DNA from: Catajapyx aquilonaris
Taxonomy: Eukaryota
Direction of reading: 5' to 3'
Length of the DNA: 52,566 bases
Assembly (NCBI GenBank): GCA_000934665.2
Contig: KZ538707.1
Span: 1-52,566 of the forward strand
Part shown: piece after piece, positions 22,610-37,600 of the stretch
How the letters are laid out: the number at the start of each line of letters is the position of its first letter
Position numbering within the stretch: position 1 is the first letter of the stretch
Made by a program: the position numbers and the translations under genes
Notes under the pieces: generated by a model
Told to the model about the DNA's origin: nothing
What the model saw: only the letters and a program-made list of their open reading frames with translations
Databases searched by the model: none

Positions 22610-25600
22610 ATGGAGACGAACCTGGAGAGGGAGTGCAGTGCCCTCGGAGGACTCTTTCAGCAAATCATCAATGACATGAAGGTATAAACTGCTTCCTACT
22701 TTAGTTTACTTTGTTGTCAAATGCAGGCGCAGTTCAAATACTCGCCTTTTATGCAGTAGATGTGCTTCTGAAAATGAGTTTGCATATCAAATGTTGTTGT
22801 GAAGAAGTGTTACAGTACCAGTGAAGCTGTATGAATATCTCTACACTGATTTAATTAAAATAAGGTGACTTGTTACTAACAACAGTTCAGCCTTTGCAAA
22901 GGTAATTGAAAAAGACAAATAACTTCTGATCACATGATTGTGTTTAATGCAGTCTTCCATGGAGATATTGTAATGCTGGAGGAGGGGGCCTGCTTCTTAT
23001 GACTAAATAGGTTAGAAGTGTTGATAAAGATTGTAGAAGGAAAGGATGAGAAAGTTATCTTGTGATATTTCAGTGCCTTCCTATCCGCTATGCCATGAAC
23101 CCACGACACATATGGAAGCTAAAACACTGCATATTTCCAAAGTTCAGAATGGAAAAAGGGATATCATTCAATACCCACTTACAAGTTGAATGTGCAAAGA
23201 ACCAGTACATATAAGAGAAATGCAACTATGCCAAGTTACATTATGAAACCCATTCACCTTGGCATCAATTGGACACTCAGGCAAGCAACTCCTACTGACC
23301 GGCTTCTGACGAGGATTTCTCTATTCCTAGTAAGGAGGTGAATAATTACCCCTCGCATACTCGTGGTGCCATAATGGTCATTTCAATTACATCTGTGCAC
23401 GTCCAAGTGTTGTCATGTAAAAGTGAAAGCGGCCAAGATTGCTCCAGCTGGAACCTGTAGCCTCCAATGGAGCGTATATTCCAAGCTGCTGCAAAGTAAT
23501 AGACTTGGCAGGTAATTCACCTGCCAGTTGGTTCGATATCACCCCCTCTCCCTAGAAGAGCTCCAGTGACCCCCTTGGGGCAGGTTGTCCTTGCATTGGA
23601 TGGGAAACCTGATATACTTTTTCCGGTATGGTCTGCACAAGGCGATATATTTTTATAGTGCTATCCGATCTCCACCTCCTAAAGAATTTTTTGAGAATAC
23701 ATCTGGAGGCTCTACTTCCCCCTTAATATCCGGATTCTTTTGTGGACGACCAGGAAGTAATTCCAATTTCTGTGTCGCTGAATGGGCGGCATTTTCCCCA
23801 TCGAATTGTCCCCAAAAATGTCAACCGAGAAGAATGTTCACTTGGAAGATTTCCTGCGTCGAGATTTCTGGTTGTCTGCTGCAGGGTGTAAATCATGTTG
23901 ACGTTTCAAAAAAAAGCGCCATGCTGGATAAACACTGGGAGGTGCAGGAAGTTGTTTGAGGGCCCTCAGAAAAGGACCTTTGTTTCCAACTCCAGCTGTG
24001 TTGAACATATGTCCAGTGCTTGGAAAGAGTGGACAAGCAATTTTTTAAACCGAAAAATTAATGGTCTAATTTGCGGCCGAAATTTTTGGGGGCAATTTAT
24101 GAAATTGCCTGGTTATTGAATGCTTTTAATGGCGCGAGTAAACGGGCACAGTAATTTGTCGCCCGTGGGAATAAACACAGCCGGACAGTTTTATCCGCTG
24201 TGTTTTTCATGCCTATCGGATTAGCACACCCGAAGTTACATTATGCGGGTGATATGGCGAAATTAGCCGTCTAGTTTCCGGATCCTCATTGTAGGGAGCT
24301 TAATACCTTTGTTGGAGTATTTTTAGGAGCACGCTATAACGAGGCATGAAATAAGGCCGCCCTAAATAGCACTCCATAGAAAAGCAAAGCACGAAAAGCA
24401 CTTCTGTGCATTATTCATGTATACGCAGTGCTAGAAATCAGATCTCGCGGGATTTATCGGCCCCGGATTTTTTTATATATAGAACCGGGGCCAGCTCTAA
24501 GATTCAGCCCTAGTACTCCTAGAAATTGAAAGCATTCGCATTGCAAATAGAACGCGTGATTGGAATTTGCTCCAGCGGTTTTGGCAAATTCGAGACGGAT
24601 AAGCGCCTGAACATGATTGCCATTAGTTCAGGCTGCTTACAAATTAACGCGACTTGCAGGTAGACCTGAGATAAGATTTTCTGGAGACCCTTTTCTTCCC
24701 TCCAGTAGACAAATTGGTTTAGGGGCGTTTTTTTACTGTGGACAACCCTGTGATAGAACATTTGTCAAGTGTCAGCTGAGCTTAAAAAGCCAGGCATTTG
24801 GGAACCCGGACAGCTTATTTTGTGCAGCATTTTTTGGGGGAGCACCTCCTGCTTGTACATGGCGAATTTGCGGTCATTGAAGATGAATGTCGCGAATAGT
24901 TTCACACGGCTAATTAGCAGGTCGGGCTAATTGCATAAAAGCCCGAACCGGTTTATTGGTGGCGGATCAAGCAGCAGAATGGTTCTGCACGGTTTGGCTA
25001 TAGTGTGACGGTGTCTTTCACCCCCATGACGTGACGTGCTGTCACCCATGCAACCCAGCCGCGTCAGCTCGTCCCCCACAAAAGCCTGCCAAAAGCTTCA
25101 TCCCCATACACATGTAGTTGTCATGTGGGTGGCAACGAGGACAGCTAATGGATACTATGCTAGAAAAGGAAGGCTGCTGCTTACTTCGTGGGTGTAGCCG
25201 GATATCACAGCCCTGGAAGCTAATTGTCGTCGACACCAAAGACTAACTTTGTTATACTTGCAAGGGGGGGGGGGAGGGNGGGGGGGGAGGAAAAACGCGT
25301 GATGTTTATGGCTAGATATATCGTGGGGGTAATGGATTTATGAATTTAGGCAAGAACGAGTTTGGGGGCTTGGAGCAAGGGTTAATTACTCGGATGGCTT
25401 CACCGATTTATTGCGCGAGGAAGAGTCAATTTGGGCGCATTTTTAACACTTTAGTGCTTCGTTTCACCAGTTCATAAACGGGCGGAGCGCGGTTGGTTGA
25501 AGTATATCGCTCGCTAAGCCATTATCAACCGGCGATTACTAAGCAGCTTGAAAAGGATGCTGGCAAGGATTATGCGGTATATGGAAATGAGATTGTTTGT

Positions 25601-28600
25601 CCATTGGTTGCATAATATTCTGGAATGATCGGACTAATCAGTGTTTATTAAATTAATATTATTGACGCTTTTAGCCTTTTTCCGCACCGAAAGGAGGCGT
25701 ACTTTTAGGAGAATCAATGTTCGATTGCTGAGCTGGTGACATTACGTTGTTTCAGCCAACACGAGCCGGAACAGTTAGAGCCCATCCAGGTAGATGGAGA
25801 GAGGTCGACAAACCAAACAGGTGTCTGGAGTATGGGGCGTGAAATTGTTGGCCCCCCCAGGCACCACGTTTGTCTGGGGCGGAAGACACTTACATAATGA
25901 GAGGCTTCGAGAAGTCGGGCCACACAACATTTGTCCGGACCGCTTGGGAATCGGGCCTTTTTGCAGCCTTCCTTGACTCAGAGGTAGAAGAAATGGCGGG
26001 ACCAGATGCGGCCGGCAGACAAATCCGGCCTGTAAATTGCATGAGACAGCATGGTGAAAGAGGAATCAAGTTGGGATGAGAGGGTGAATCAAAGTGACAT
26101 GTTTCGGCGGTTATGGGAAACAATGCGTAACGTGTCCTGATTCAGCCTTGTTGACTGAAATAGAGTAGGGGGCCGGGCCATGGAGTATCTATATATGCGA
26201 CACCGTATTCTTAGAATGAGACGACCTTGCTCTTTGAGATGTAAAGACGGAGGGTGTTTAGCAAAGGGGGCAAAGATCTCGGGCTGCACTGCTCATATTT
26301 CCGCTCTTATCTTTCAGAATGGGACAACTTTATGGGAGGATCTCATTGCCAAAGCCACCAAGCTGCACACGTGTCTACGGTAAGTGCGCATCTCCAGGCC
26401 GAACAAAGGATGGGTTGTATGGTATGACCACCAGCAACATGAGCCCGATTGGAAAATCAGAAGTCGGGTCTCCAGGGCCAATTAAATCAAGTTGCGTGCT
26501 CAGTTGCAGCATGGAGTTGTTGCAGTGGAAAACAAAAGCAAGAACGTGTGTGAGGGTGCAGTGGGGGTTGGTGGAGGAAGAGCGTATCGTGTTGCGAAAC
26601 ATAATGGAGATGATGGCGGGCAGGGTCATTCTGCAGATTGAATGACGGGGAGGAAACTGGTTCCATCGGAACATGGCAAAGTCAATGGGGGTGGCTCGGA
26701 CGGCATTGTGGGAGATTGGGCGGGTTCCCTCCAACCATTTCCATTGTCAGAATTTGGGTGTTCGCTCTCGGTTTTGAGATAGACTTGTTTTTTATGAGTT
26801 GGGAGGCTGGAACGTCACATGTTGTGGGCAAGTGCGTCAGGCGTGTAATTTGACCGGTGGGTACGCGCAGCACTGACGGCGGAGTAACACTACACGGATC
26901 TTGTTGACGGATAGGCGGCGGCAAATTGCGGATGTGTTGCATCGGTATGATTGCAGGGCGTAACTGCTAGGATGATACGGTCAATATGATCAGGTGATGC
27001 GAGCTTGTCTAATTAATATTCATGCTACTCTTGGGACACCCTGTATGGTGCGTCATGTATTCATAATGAAAGCAAGTGTGGATTGCTGCAGGCTTTCTAC
27101 GACGGATCCGCTAACTGTGATACATGTCTCCTGCACTGGAAAATGTAGAGAGGTCAGCTGCAGTGGGGATGCAGCTGCTAAGCATTGTTGTATATGCAAG
27201 GCCAGTTTCATTTGCAGACACGCCCCGGGGGGGCCGTTATTTACTAGGTTGACGTCGCATGGCGGGCGTAAGCAAGCTGGTTATCTAGAAATAGGCTGTA
27301 ATTTTTATTGCCTAGATTAACTCGGGTCTTCAGCCATGCTTGCGTCAGGGTCGTTTCATTTTTTTCTTCTTTCGGCGTCCCCCTCCATGCAATACCATTG
27401 TTACGGACGCGGTTCTTTTTTCTGGGGATCTGAATATCTGAGCCTGCTTCATGGGAAAGTAGGGCTTGAGGCTGTTGGTGTGGGGAACACAAGTGGTGAA
27501 TCTGTCTGCATGGGGGAAGAGTAGAGGATGTTGGTGGGGAGGAAGGCTAATAGAGAGTCATAATCGATCGTGCAGGGTCCCTCATGAGAACTTTGGGGAG
27601 GTGAATTGCCAGGCTTTCTGGTGGCATAGCTGCATTGTGCGCCCGACATTTCGTTCATAAAGTGAGGCCTTGGAGTGGAATTAGGGTTGATCAATTGCAG
27701 GGGGGGGGGGAGGGTATATTTATGGTAGTGCAAAGCGCTTATTGGCACCGCTTTTTTATAGGGAGCGGATGGGGGAAAATCTGCTGTTTTCTGGGAATGA
27801 ATTTGCAACCCGTTTTGGGAAGCCATCTTGATGGAGTGATCTTGGGGCAATAATGAGAGAGCGTTATCGCCGGATATCTTGGTGTCAGTGCAAGGTGTAA
27901 GTCAACATGGCGCTTCTTCAGGATCGGGAATTTGCTTGCTGAGGAGGAAGCGCCGCCAATCCTATCTCCACATCCGCCGCGACGTGTGCGTTGTCTAGCA
28001 ACCGGGCAAATTCGCACTTTGCATAACAAATGGAGTTTGAGAAAGATCAAGCGGAAGCGCGGTCCATTTTGGGAGGACTTGCTCGATGCATGGGGAAGGC
28101 GGTTCTGAAAGGTGTATATTATAGTGAGTGACAAAGGGATACCAAAATGTGTAGGAACAAGAATATCTAATGCATACAGCGAATCCTTGAGGGGTGCTGG
28201 TAATATGTCCTTGTTTCGGGCGCCATACTTTCTGCGTGAGGGGAAAGTCTCCAGAGGTGCGCCGCCCTCCCGGGAAATTAATGGCATCCATTCCATAAAC
28301 AAACCCAACACCCATGCTAAGGGCCGCACTAAACGGGCTCGGAGACAGCAAAACCGAAAATCCAGTGGCCGAGCCGGCAGAAAATCATAACAGTGGCGCC
28401 GGCGCCCAGGTTTATAATTCATTAACACCCGTGGCGGTCATTCGCTCGGGAGCTTGGTGCAATCCGGGATCAGTTGGCCATGGGAGAGGTGGAGAGTCTT
28501 CCCCCAGGGCATATCATAATGTGTTATTCCCAGCTGTGTGGGCCACCATTGTCAAGGCCCGCTTCGGTTATGTGCGGGCTAATTGGGGGATGGGAAGCTG

Positions 28601-31600
28601 GAAGAGTTCGATCCGCGCTCGACACGTGGATTGTGCGCTGTGGCCGCGGCCCCTCGAAACGCGAAGAAGCAATTCCGTCGTTGCATGACAGTGTCGGCGG
28701 TGTTATGTTCGAGGGTCATGGCACTGAGGGTCGATGGGTAGCACTCTCCAGGAGTATCATCACTTTACGGATTCCCTCTTAGGTCCGGCATGTAATACCT
28801 GAGTACCTTTCTGTCTCCAGTACAAGTCACACTCTTTCCAGCAGTACCGTTCAGTTTTCCGACCTTTTCTCCAGTTCTCACATTCCGGTTTGCAGCGCCG
28901 TCCTCCACTGCGTCCGACACACTCGTATAGGATTTTTTTCCCTTTGTGGTTTGATGAGTAATCATTTGGCGTTTGTTGCCATTGGGGACATAAAAGCGGT
29001 TTGATGGACGCAAAACTGGTAATTTGTTTTCATTCAGAACCATTTTAGGGCAAGTTTGATAAGAGGAAAGTGCAAAGGGTGGAAAGAAAAAAAATAATTA
29101 CAGACGATATATAAATAGGGGTCGGTGGCCTTCTTTTGAGGGCCACACCCAAAAAAAAGTGTGATCATACTCGAGTCTTGTGTTCTCGTAAGCGGGCAGG
29201 CCTGTTTTCCGATAAAATGTGGAGTTTTTGAGGTGGCCTTTTGCAACGTGAATGCGGAAGTCAGAGTCTCAAGGATGTATGGGAGGGGTCAATACAGAAC
29301 ATATTCTTATCGTATGCGTTACCACACGCATTTTCAGTAAAAGTTACGTCGCTCTTCGGGCGCAACTACCACGCTCCAAGGCCGTTTTTGTATAATAATT
29401 GTTGGGTGCGCTTGAAAAATAAATGGAAATCAAATGGAGTTGGGGTGTGCACATGTGGGAACTGCGCCCTGGGTTGGAGGGAGGCTTCTCTGATCAATAT
29501 TCATTGAAAAGAGACCGAATGATGGGCACATCAAATTGATATTTCGACAATCGCCTTTCGATTTGTCGATTTCAGGTTATCAGTACTGATATGGGACTGT
29601 ATTCATTGACCGAGTTGTCGATATGATATTAATTGAAGGTTATGTACTGTTGCGATATCGGATATCACATGGCGTATAATGGACAGCCGGCGCGTTACGT
29701 ATAAGGACGGAGTGTGTCAATAATAGTGACACACGGTCAGGGTTGAAGTATGCGACGCTTCCGGCTCTGGTCTGAACTTGGTGTTGTTTTTATTGACGGT
29801 TTAAAATTAGGGTCCCGATGCTCCTCTGCTGTTTATTCTTATTTTTAGAATTTTCGGAGGTCGTGTGCAAAGTTGGATGAACTGCATTGTCCCTAAGGGA
29901 AAAACACCACCTTTACCCTATGTTTCCGAGGCGGTTTTCCCATGCCGTTCTCACCCGAAACGACCCAAGTCGTGACATTTGCACAACCGCCGAAAACTCT
30001 TGGAAACTACCTACGAAAAAAACAGAGAGGTTGCCATGTGGCAGCAATAGAAGAAAGGAAATAGCCTATTGGACGTGCAGTTGGAAAAGCGAGATACGGC
30101 GCTTATACGTATACATATAGAAGGGGGTTGCCGAATGAAGCGTGCAGTCCGCCCTGCAGGAAGGTGGTAGTTTGTGGGAGGTTTTTTTTTATGGGTGGGG
30201 GGGTTGCGCAAGGGTGCGACCCCTCTCTTTCAATCCCCGGAGGCAGGGAAGCCCATCGATATGAAGGATATGGATCCTCGGGAGGGGTGATCCTCCGGTT
30301 CGTTTGAGCTGCCAGGGCTAAAAACTGCCAGATCCATGCGCTCTTCTTGGCACGAGTCGCTCTCATGCATAAGGAACAAGAGAGACTTTTTCGCACGTGC
30401 TGTGGAACCTGATTTTAATTCCACCGACCCCCTTCCAGACTCCGGACCCGGGGAGGTGCGGTAATTTGTCAGATTTTCACTGACTGGAATATGTGCATCG
30501 GATTTGTATGAGACACAATAGACCTCTCGTCGCCTGCCACCTGTACCGAGAGGTTAACCATGCGTGTAATCAGGTGTGGGTATAGCTCGTGATCGCAGGT
30601 TGTTGCAGGTAATCGCGAGTAATCTAATCACATGCACTTGAAAATAAAGTGGTTAACTGCGCTTACGAGATTAAGCATGGTGCAAAAATTGAAACACGAG
30701 TGTACCTTTATGTCATCGCGCAATTTTGGAACTATAGTTCCAAACTTGCGCGATGACATAAAGGTGCGATAAGAAAACGTGATGCCGGAAGAGTGTAAGA
30801 AGGAGGGGTGTGGGATGAAGTAACAGTGGGGGTGTTTTCCTTCTGAAGACGAGCCCAACCGTGGCGAGATGAGGATCTATAATGCCTTCCTGGGACTATT
30901 TTTAATGGGAGCATTGTCTCCCTGCGACTGGTGAACCGTGTGCTTCATTTTTGAAGTGGAGCTCGTGGCCTTTAGGGCGCTTTTTTGAAGGTGGGTTGTG
31001 CGCTACTTTTGGCACCCCCGCCCTCCCAGTGGACGTTAATGGGGCGGCGGGCGTGGGACGTTTATTGTCCCCAAATACGGTGAATAGGAGCAGGCGGACA
31101 GAGGCGTATGGTGGGACGACGGAGGGGGGGGCTGTCAATGGCTGGGCGTGGGAAACGTGTAGGTCAAATCTGATGGTTTTCATCCCCACAGTTGCTGGTA
31201 GCGAAAAACCGCTATGTAGTAGCAATGCCGGTCACGGGGACTTGTATGACCACATGTACGCGGAAGCTGGTCGTGCGAAACAACCCCGGAGGCACTACTT
31301 CGCCAGCAGCTGTATTTCGGGGAGAACGGCCGGTTTTATGCTGAGATTCGGATGGCCAATCTCCAGCACCTTTTGTTGCCGAGGAACAGCTCCTCCAGAT
31401 AAACGTCGAAAGCGGGGATTCGAATGTCGATGCCAAATGCCAAGGACGCCTTTCTTGGACTTTCGATCCCCTAGCATAGACGTAATTTGCGGTAAAGGCA
31501 GCTCTGATTGTTTCGTCTTGTGGGTCGCCGCCAGCTCGAGCTATAAATTGGATTCGGTTACAAAGGAGTTGCGAACTTGCTCCAGCGACGTATGCTTTGT

Positions 31601-34600
31601 GGGGTTGCTCGGGGGGGGAAGTTTTGGATGAACCCAAGGCCGTGTCCGATGGTTAGATTCGGCTGGGAACATTTGTCGACCTTGGGAGTACCACTAGTTG
31701 CATGCGAACTAGTAGTGCTGACACTATACCCAGTGCCACAGTTGGGAACGCGCACGCAAATTGCGCTTATTACCTGTAGAGTATGTCACGCGTTGGTACA
31801 GTATTAGAAGTGCAGCACCTTCTAATGGCCCTAATTGATCTTGATCATCGCTTATTAGTGTGGCGTTATGAGGCGGGTGTGTGCTATTAGAGGTTTCTAG
31901 GTACCGTGCCATTTCCGCCTCAATAAATACAGGGGGGGAATTACATGAGACATGCAATCCTGTACAGAGAGGAACATGATAATTAAAACCAAGATCAATG
32001 TCCCAAGATCAATGTTTGCCTTATGAATTACACATTTGTGTCAACACCATGCGACCTCATCAAGACCAGTGCACATTAAGCGTCGCGAAGGATCTAATTT
32101 TAAGCCGGTTGCCTACATTTATAAACCGCCCCATATAATGAGAGTGATCACTGTCCCACATTCGCTGCTGGCAGGACCGATTTTTGTGGGGTTTTTGGCT
32201 GGCTTGGCAGTGCAAAAGACGGGCGGGTGGGCTCTATTTTTGCCTTGGGAGTCCTAATGAGGTCGGGGCGGACTACTGCAGAGGCTCGACGGAGGTTGAA
32301 CGCCCTTTGCGACCCACAGGACTGGAGAGAAGAAAAGGAACGGGCAAAAATGTTGCCAAGGGACGATTGAGTCACTATAGAATCCGCCGGATGCTGCGAG
32401 CTGATGTGCTCTGGTCCGGCAAAAAATAGAGGGGGAAATGACACTTGGATGACACTGGAGGTCGCTGTCCGGACGAAATTCTGGCGAAGGTCAGCGGCTT
32501 TTTTGCGACAACGGAGGGACAGAATGGTGGTTGATGTATAGCATATAAGACTGCTGAGTGATATGTATACTTTGCGTGATATTAATTACTGTGATTGTTC
32601 TTGCAGGGCGACTATACAGGCTGTTGCCACCTTTCTTGACGCCTTCCAGAAGATTGCCGATGCTGCCACAAATGCTCGAGGTGAGTGACTATATTGGGCT
32701 CAAAGAGTCTGGTGATGGTTTCCATGCCTCTAACCACACTGATGACATGGTGAACGCCGGGCCTTGAACTTCAATTTTTCGCTGGGAATAGTTGACATTT
32801 CCACCCAGAATATTCGGCTAAGAGGGCTCGAAAAATCGGTGGCAGTGCCAGATGGAGAGCTCGAGCTGTCTTCCAAAAGCGCTGTTTTGACGTAAAAATA
32901 TCCAGGGACACGGCGGGATGGGTCGAGTTTTGCAGTGTTTGCCGACGGGTGCCGAAGAGAGCGGTAGCAACTTGTCAATGTCTCGGGGAAAACTCCAGGA
33001 AAGACCCCCGGAACGAGAGCAGTTTGTGCCAGTGGGCTCCGAAATTCCGGGGGAGCTAAGATTAGCCCCAGAACATCGCATTTGCATTCCGAGTACCCGT
33101 GCGCTAATCCTCTGACCGCAATTACCACTGCGTTATCTGCGTCCGGTTGTGCGTGTATTGCTCACTTCCCGAGCGATAGTCGTGTCTATTAAATTGCTGG
33201 AACGACAGCTGTCATCCCGCCTGATTTCTTTCGAAATACCGTACGCCCAATTAGAGGCCATATGTGGCCTGGTTTAATGAGTGGACCTCCCTCGGTAATA
33301 TAATTATGGGATCGTCTTTTGGAGCCGGCCAACGGTACCTGGCAGATTGTTCCGCCAGACGTGCGAGCAGCGGTGCTTGTTTTTGTTTACTATGCAGCAC
33401 TTGCGTCAATCCGACTAGGGTTATGAAAGCCAGAAAGCCATGCTGGACGTGTTGGCTGGGACCCCAAGCAAACGGGTGACAGCCAACTGGATAGGGTCCA
33501 ATGCGGGCGATCGTCAGGTGTGTTTGCAGACAGCATCGTTTGCTCTCAAGGAAGTACCGGGAACACTGGATAGAATGGGTATCAAACGGGTACGACTTGC
33601 TGCTTTTCTTCAGCCGGAGAAGCTCCGACGTTGGCGGGGGATCGATCGCCATGCTGCCCGTCAGCGGTTCCGGCTACTGTTGTATCGGGGACTAGAAGTA
33701 ATACCGAATTTTCGGTCCACGAAGTTAGAGCAAATTGAGTGCTAGACTTCGTGACAAGGAAAGCCAAGTGAAGGGGGTGCGACCTAGGGAAACAGTTTGT
33801 CCAAAGCAGTGAATCTCGTTGCGGAAGAGCCTCGATTTGGTATTCGGTTCACGGGCTATATAGGGATGGGGGTGCGGTGGATAAAAAAGAGCGGAGCTCA
33901 TTTCTAATGCGTTCCCAGACTTCCCCCTCTTCCCATGCCCAGCAATTTTTGTCCCAGATATGACATCTGCCGATTTTGACTGACGCATACTCCAATTTTC
34001 ACGGGCGTGATCGGCCTATCGGGTTTCGGATTGGAAATCAGATTTCGTAACTTGGGGAGGGTGGGCTTGTATAGAGAAGTAGTAAACATAGCTTGGGTTA
34101 GTTCCGTGTTTGTAGTCGGGGCCTGATAGTGTCTTTGGCGTAGCATAAATTATTCTATCCCCTTGAAGCCTGTTGTGTTGATTCTGGATTACGCGCGGGG
34201 ACACACGTGTTTGAACAAGGCGGGCACTCAAAGCGGCGGCCATCTTGGGCGATGGGGGAAATGTCTTGGAGGGGACTTCGGTCCTCGGGTTATCTCTCAG
34301 GACCCGATGTTTTAGGTTCTTCTGAAAATTATACGAGTGGAAATTCCGGTCGCCAGATGTGGGGCTTATATCCTGGAGATGGAGTTACGTATGCGGGGTC
34401 TGCGGCTGAATATCTTTTTTTAATATCCGGAGGAGGGGTGTGATGTATATTAATATATCAGATGCGGGCACGAAGGTGTTGGGTAGAATGACTATAATTC
34501 GATAAGGCCCGCAGTAAAAGCGTGGGTGATAAGACGTACACGTGACGTCACGTTTTTGGGTTCGAGACACTTGAACAATTTCTCCCTTCACTTATTGACT

Positions 34601-37600
34601 GGCGAGTTCAGCACAACTGACGTTATCGTACGTTTGAAACTTAAGAAATTCATGTCTTGGCGCATGTTGCATGCGAACCTATCAGTTGTGGTACAGTGAC
34701 ACACTTTTAGGGTCATATATTTAGACCGTTTTTTTCTCGTTCAAATTCGTTATACACTGCAGTATTTATTGCCAGTGCGATTGCTGGCACAATTGTGTAC
34801 AGTAGATTGTTGGCTTTTTATGACTCGTCAGGTGGGAATGCTCTATATGTACGTGACTGCATGTTGGTAAGGATAGCAATTAGTGAAGAATATGAATTGT
34901 TACTCCGACATGAAAAATGAAGCAGTGAAACGACACTTCTGGTGTTATCCCCCGAGGGAAAAAGGTGGACTTTTGCATCGTGATTGCGCTTTGGTCACGG
35001 AGTGGCAACCCGGCTTAAGCAGGGAGGGTGGTGATGGCGGCTGTGTTGATGGTATTATGTGTAAATCATTTCCTACGGAAGGGCGGTTTGTGCACCAGGA
35101 AACAAAGGTATGGGGGGATACCAGAATGGAAAAAAAGTATATCGAACGTGACTGGCCAGCGTTTCGGGTGTGTTGACGAACATTGAAGGCTGCATGCGAC
35201 TAATAGGCAATCCAATTACGACCAAAATGGTTGCATTAGAGGGGGGGAGCGACCGAAAAACTTTTTGCCAGAGCCTGAGTTATGGTAATGATTTCAGAAT
35301 TGAGCGTAACGATTGGGGCGGGCAGCGGACGCGAAAAGAAAATGGCCGCGCATCAGGAGCCCATTCGGAGGACAGCAAATTGGGTCGCGTCGCCGGAACA
35401 AATGCTAAACAGCGTGAGACAGGGAAACGGAGCGAATAATCCGCGCTTGTGATGCGTAGGAATAGGATGTGCAGTGCCCAAACATAATCGAGTCAGCGCG
35501 GTAATCAAGTGACGAAACAGACCGACCGACGGGGCTTTGTGTCGAAGGATGTTATTTGGCTCTGGCAGACGGCGAAGATGCTGGGTTCATACGGTTGTCG
35601 CTGTAAATCCACCAACTGGCGTCTATGCCCAATTATACACGAAGAGACACGAGATGCGCAGGAAGAAGTTAACAAGATCATAGTAATCAGCGCCTGCTGG
35701 AATATCAAACGTTGTGCCGACCTTTGGGAAGAAGCTTGGGAACTGGAATATCTTGACACGTTTCCCACAAATGGGAAAAAGATGCTCGATGCAAATAACT
35801 TTCATTGCCTGCGAAGTTGCCGCCAGCGAGGTCGTTGCTTTCGTTTCGAGGGCAGTTTGTATACCAAAAGGAGGCATCGGTAGCACCTGCTTTTCGTTGT
35901 GAACCTGTCGGTTCACAAGGTAAACAGTTTACGTAGACCCAACTCCCCCTGGTTTAAAACAAACCGGTTCCTCTTCCTTTTTGCCGCGCTCGTGTTTCTT
36001 GCGCGCAAGTCTGTCCCCAGAAAGAAAAATCATGGACGCAAGTGTGTTGAAAACAAGTGCCACCATTATTCTGGATTAAGCACTAATCCATCTGTCAGCC
36101 ACTGGAACTATCTGGCATGGACATAAATTCAAAGCCATTAGCTCTGGATAAAAATAGTGCAATTTTTTGTCATGTAAGATTGCCTGTTTTTTTGTTTTGT
36201 GGAATATTTTTGCTATCGGCTGGTATGCGACAAAAGCGGATTGCCCCGGGCCCCGGCAGATTGGTCAACAATGCCCCCCGGTGACCGTTCGATGGCTTGT
36301 CAAGCAGCCCTGTTGTTCCTGGCTTTAATGGATCTGGGCATTGTAGGGCATTTATGTGTTTGGAATACAGCTTTTTGTATACAGGGCTCGATTCATCCCT
36401 GCAGCCACAGCCGGCCCCTGCCTTCCCAAAACTGTGGGTCGATAGCTTGTTTATAGGACCCATTTTTTTGCGTCTGCACTGCCGACTCTGGCCCTTGGTT
36501 AGGGTCTAATCCGACCAATGGATCCCAGTGATTGGGGAAGTAAGGGGGAGAATCGGACATTTTTTGTGTGTTGCTGGACCCAACTCCCCAATCTCTGCAT
36601 ATGTGTCACAGAGATTTGGACCCCCGCACTACTTAAGCCTGGGTTTAAGCCGCATCCCCTTCCCAGAGTGTTATTCCTCACTGGCTCCTGGCAGTTTGAT
36701 CCGCATTTAGTGGCGCACTTAAGCAGGGTTTTAAACATCATGGGTAATTCAATGAGTGGATTTTGGGGGAGTGGTTTTTTTCTTTTTTAAAAAAAGTACA
36801 GTTGGCTCCCCTGATTGCGTTTTAAAAAAAGCTACCATTAATGTGATATATGGAGTAGGCAGCAACTTTATGAGGAAAAAGCACTACCCATGGCCTACCC
36901 TAACAAGTCGGCCTGCAATGTTGGCAAGTATATGGATCTGGGCATAAAAGGCATGGCGGGGTGTCCCAGGGAATATCACGTGACCTGCAACCCCCACGAT
37001 CGATTCTCGAAGCACCCCCATTTTGCCATGACAGGGGGATGAGGAGGTGGGGGAGACCTCGTAATGTGATTTACGGACTTTTGGATGAAAACGGAAATGA
37101 GTGGTCCTGCCACGTGCTGTGGGTCTGTTTTCGCACGATTGATATTTCGGGAGTTAGCCAGCAATTATGGAGGACATTTTTTTTTTCTGTATAGGGATGG
37201 GTCTTTGACCGAGTGGGCTTTGATCAGCATTGGGCGTGGATGGATATTTATAGGAGGCGAGAACGTGCCTGATTAAAGCTACAAGGGCTGGGAGAGTGAG
37301 AAATATGGTCCAAAGTTTAAACAACTCCGGGATTGCCAAATAGCGTCCCGGAAATAAAGTCAACCCGGCTGTATAAGGCACGGTAGCATTGCCTGGTTGT
37401 GGGGTCAAAGGACGCGGCGTGAAAAAGCATTTAGCGCCCACACGGAATGTCTCAAGATCCGGGAGTGCCATCGCCATTTCTGGTAATGGAGAGATAGCTG
37501 GAGCTGGGAAACATCCCGTTTGGTGTCGTGGAAATTGTCCCGTTGCGAATTTTTTGGGGAGCTTTCGTTTCTTTTTTTTCCCCCCCGGTTCTCGCAATGC

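Noticed and set aside
30598..30615. TTGCAG|GTAATC as a recursive splice site in MTSS intron 2
   Set aside because: No real polypyrimidine tract and the intron is only about 6 kb; expected by chance.
27739..36000. Intronic ORFs of 100-229 aa (e.g. 27739-28428, 30951-31631, 33440-33745, 35509-35883) as nested genes or transposon proteins
   Set aside because: No recognisable domains, mostly non-ATG starts, no supporting splice structure; consistent with random ORFs in ~45-50% GC DNA.
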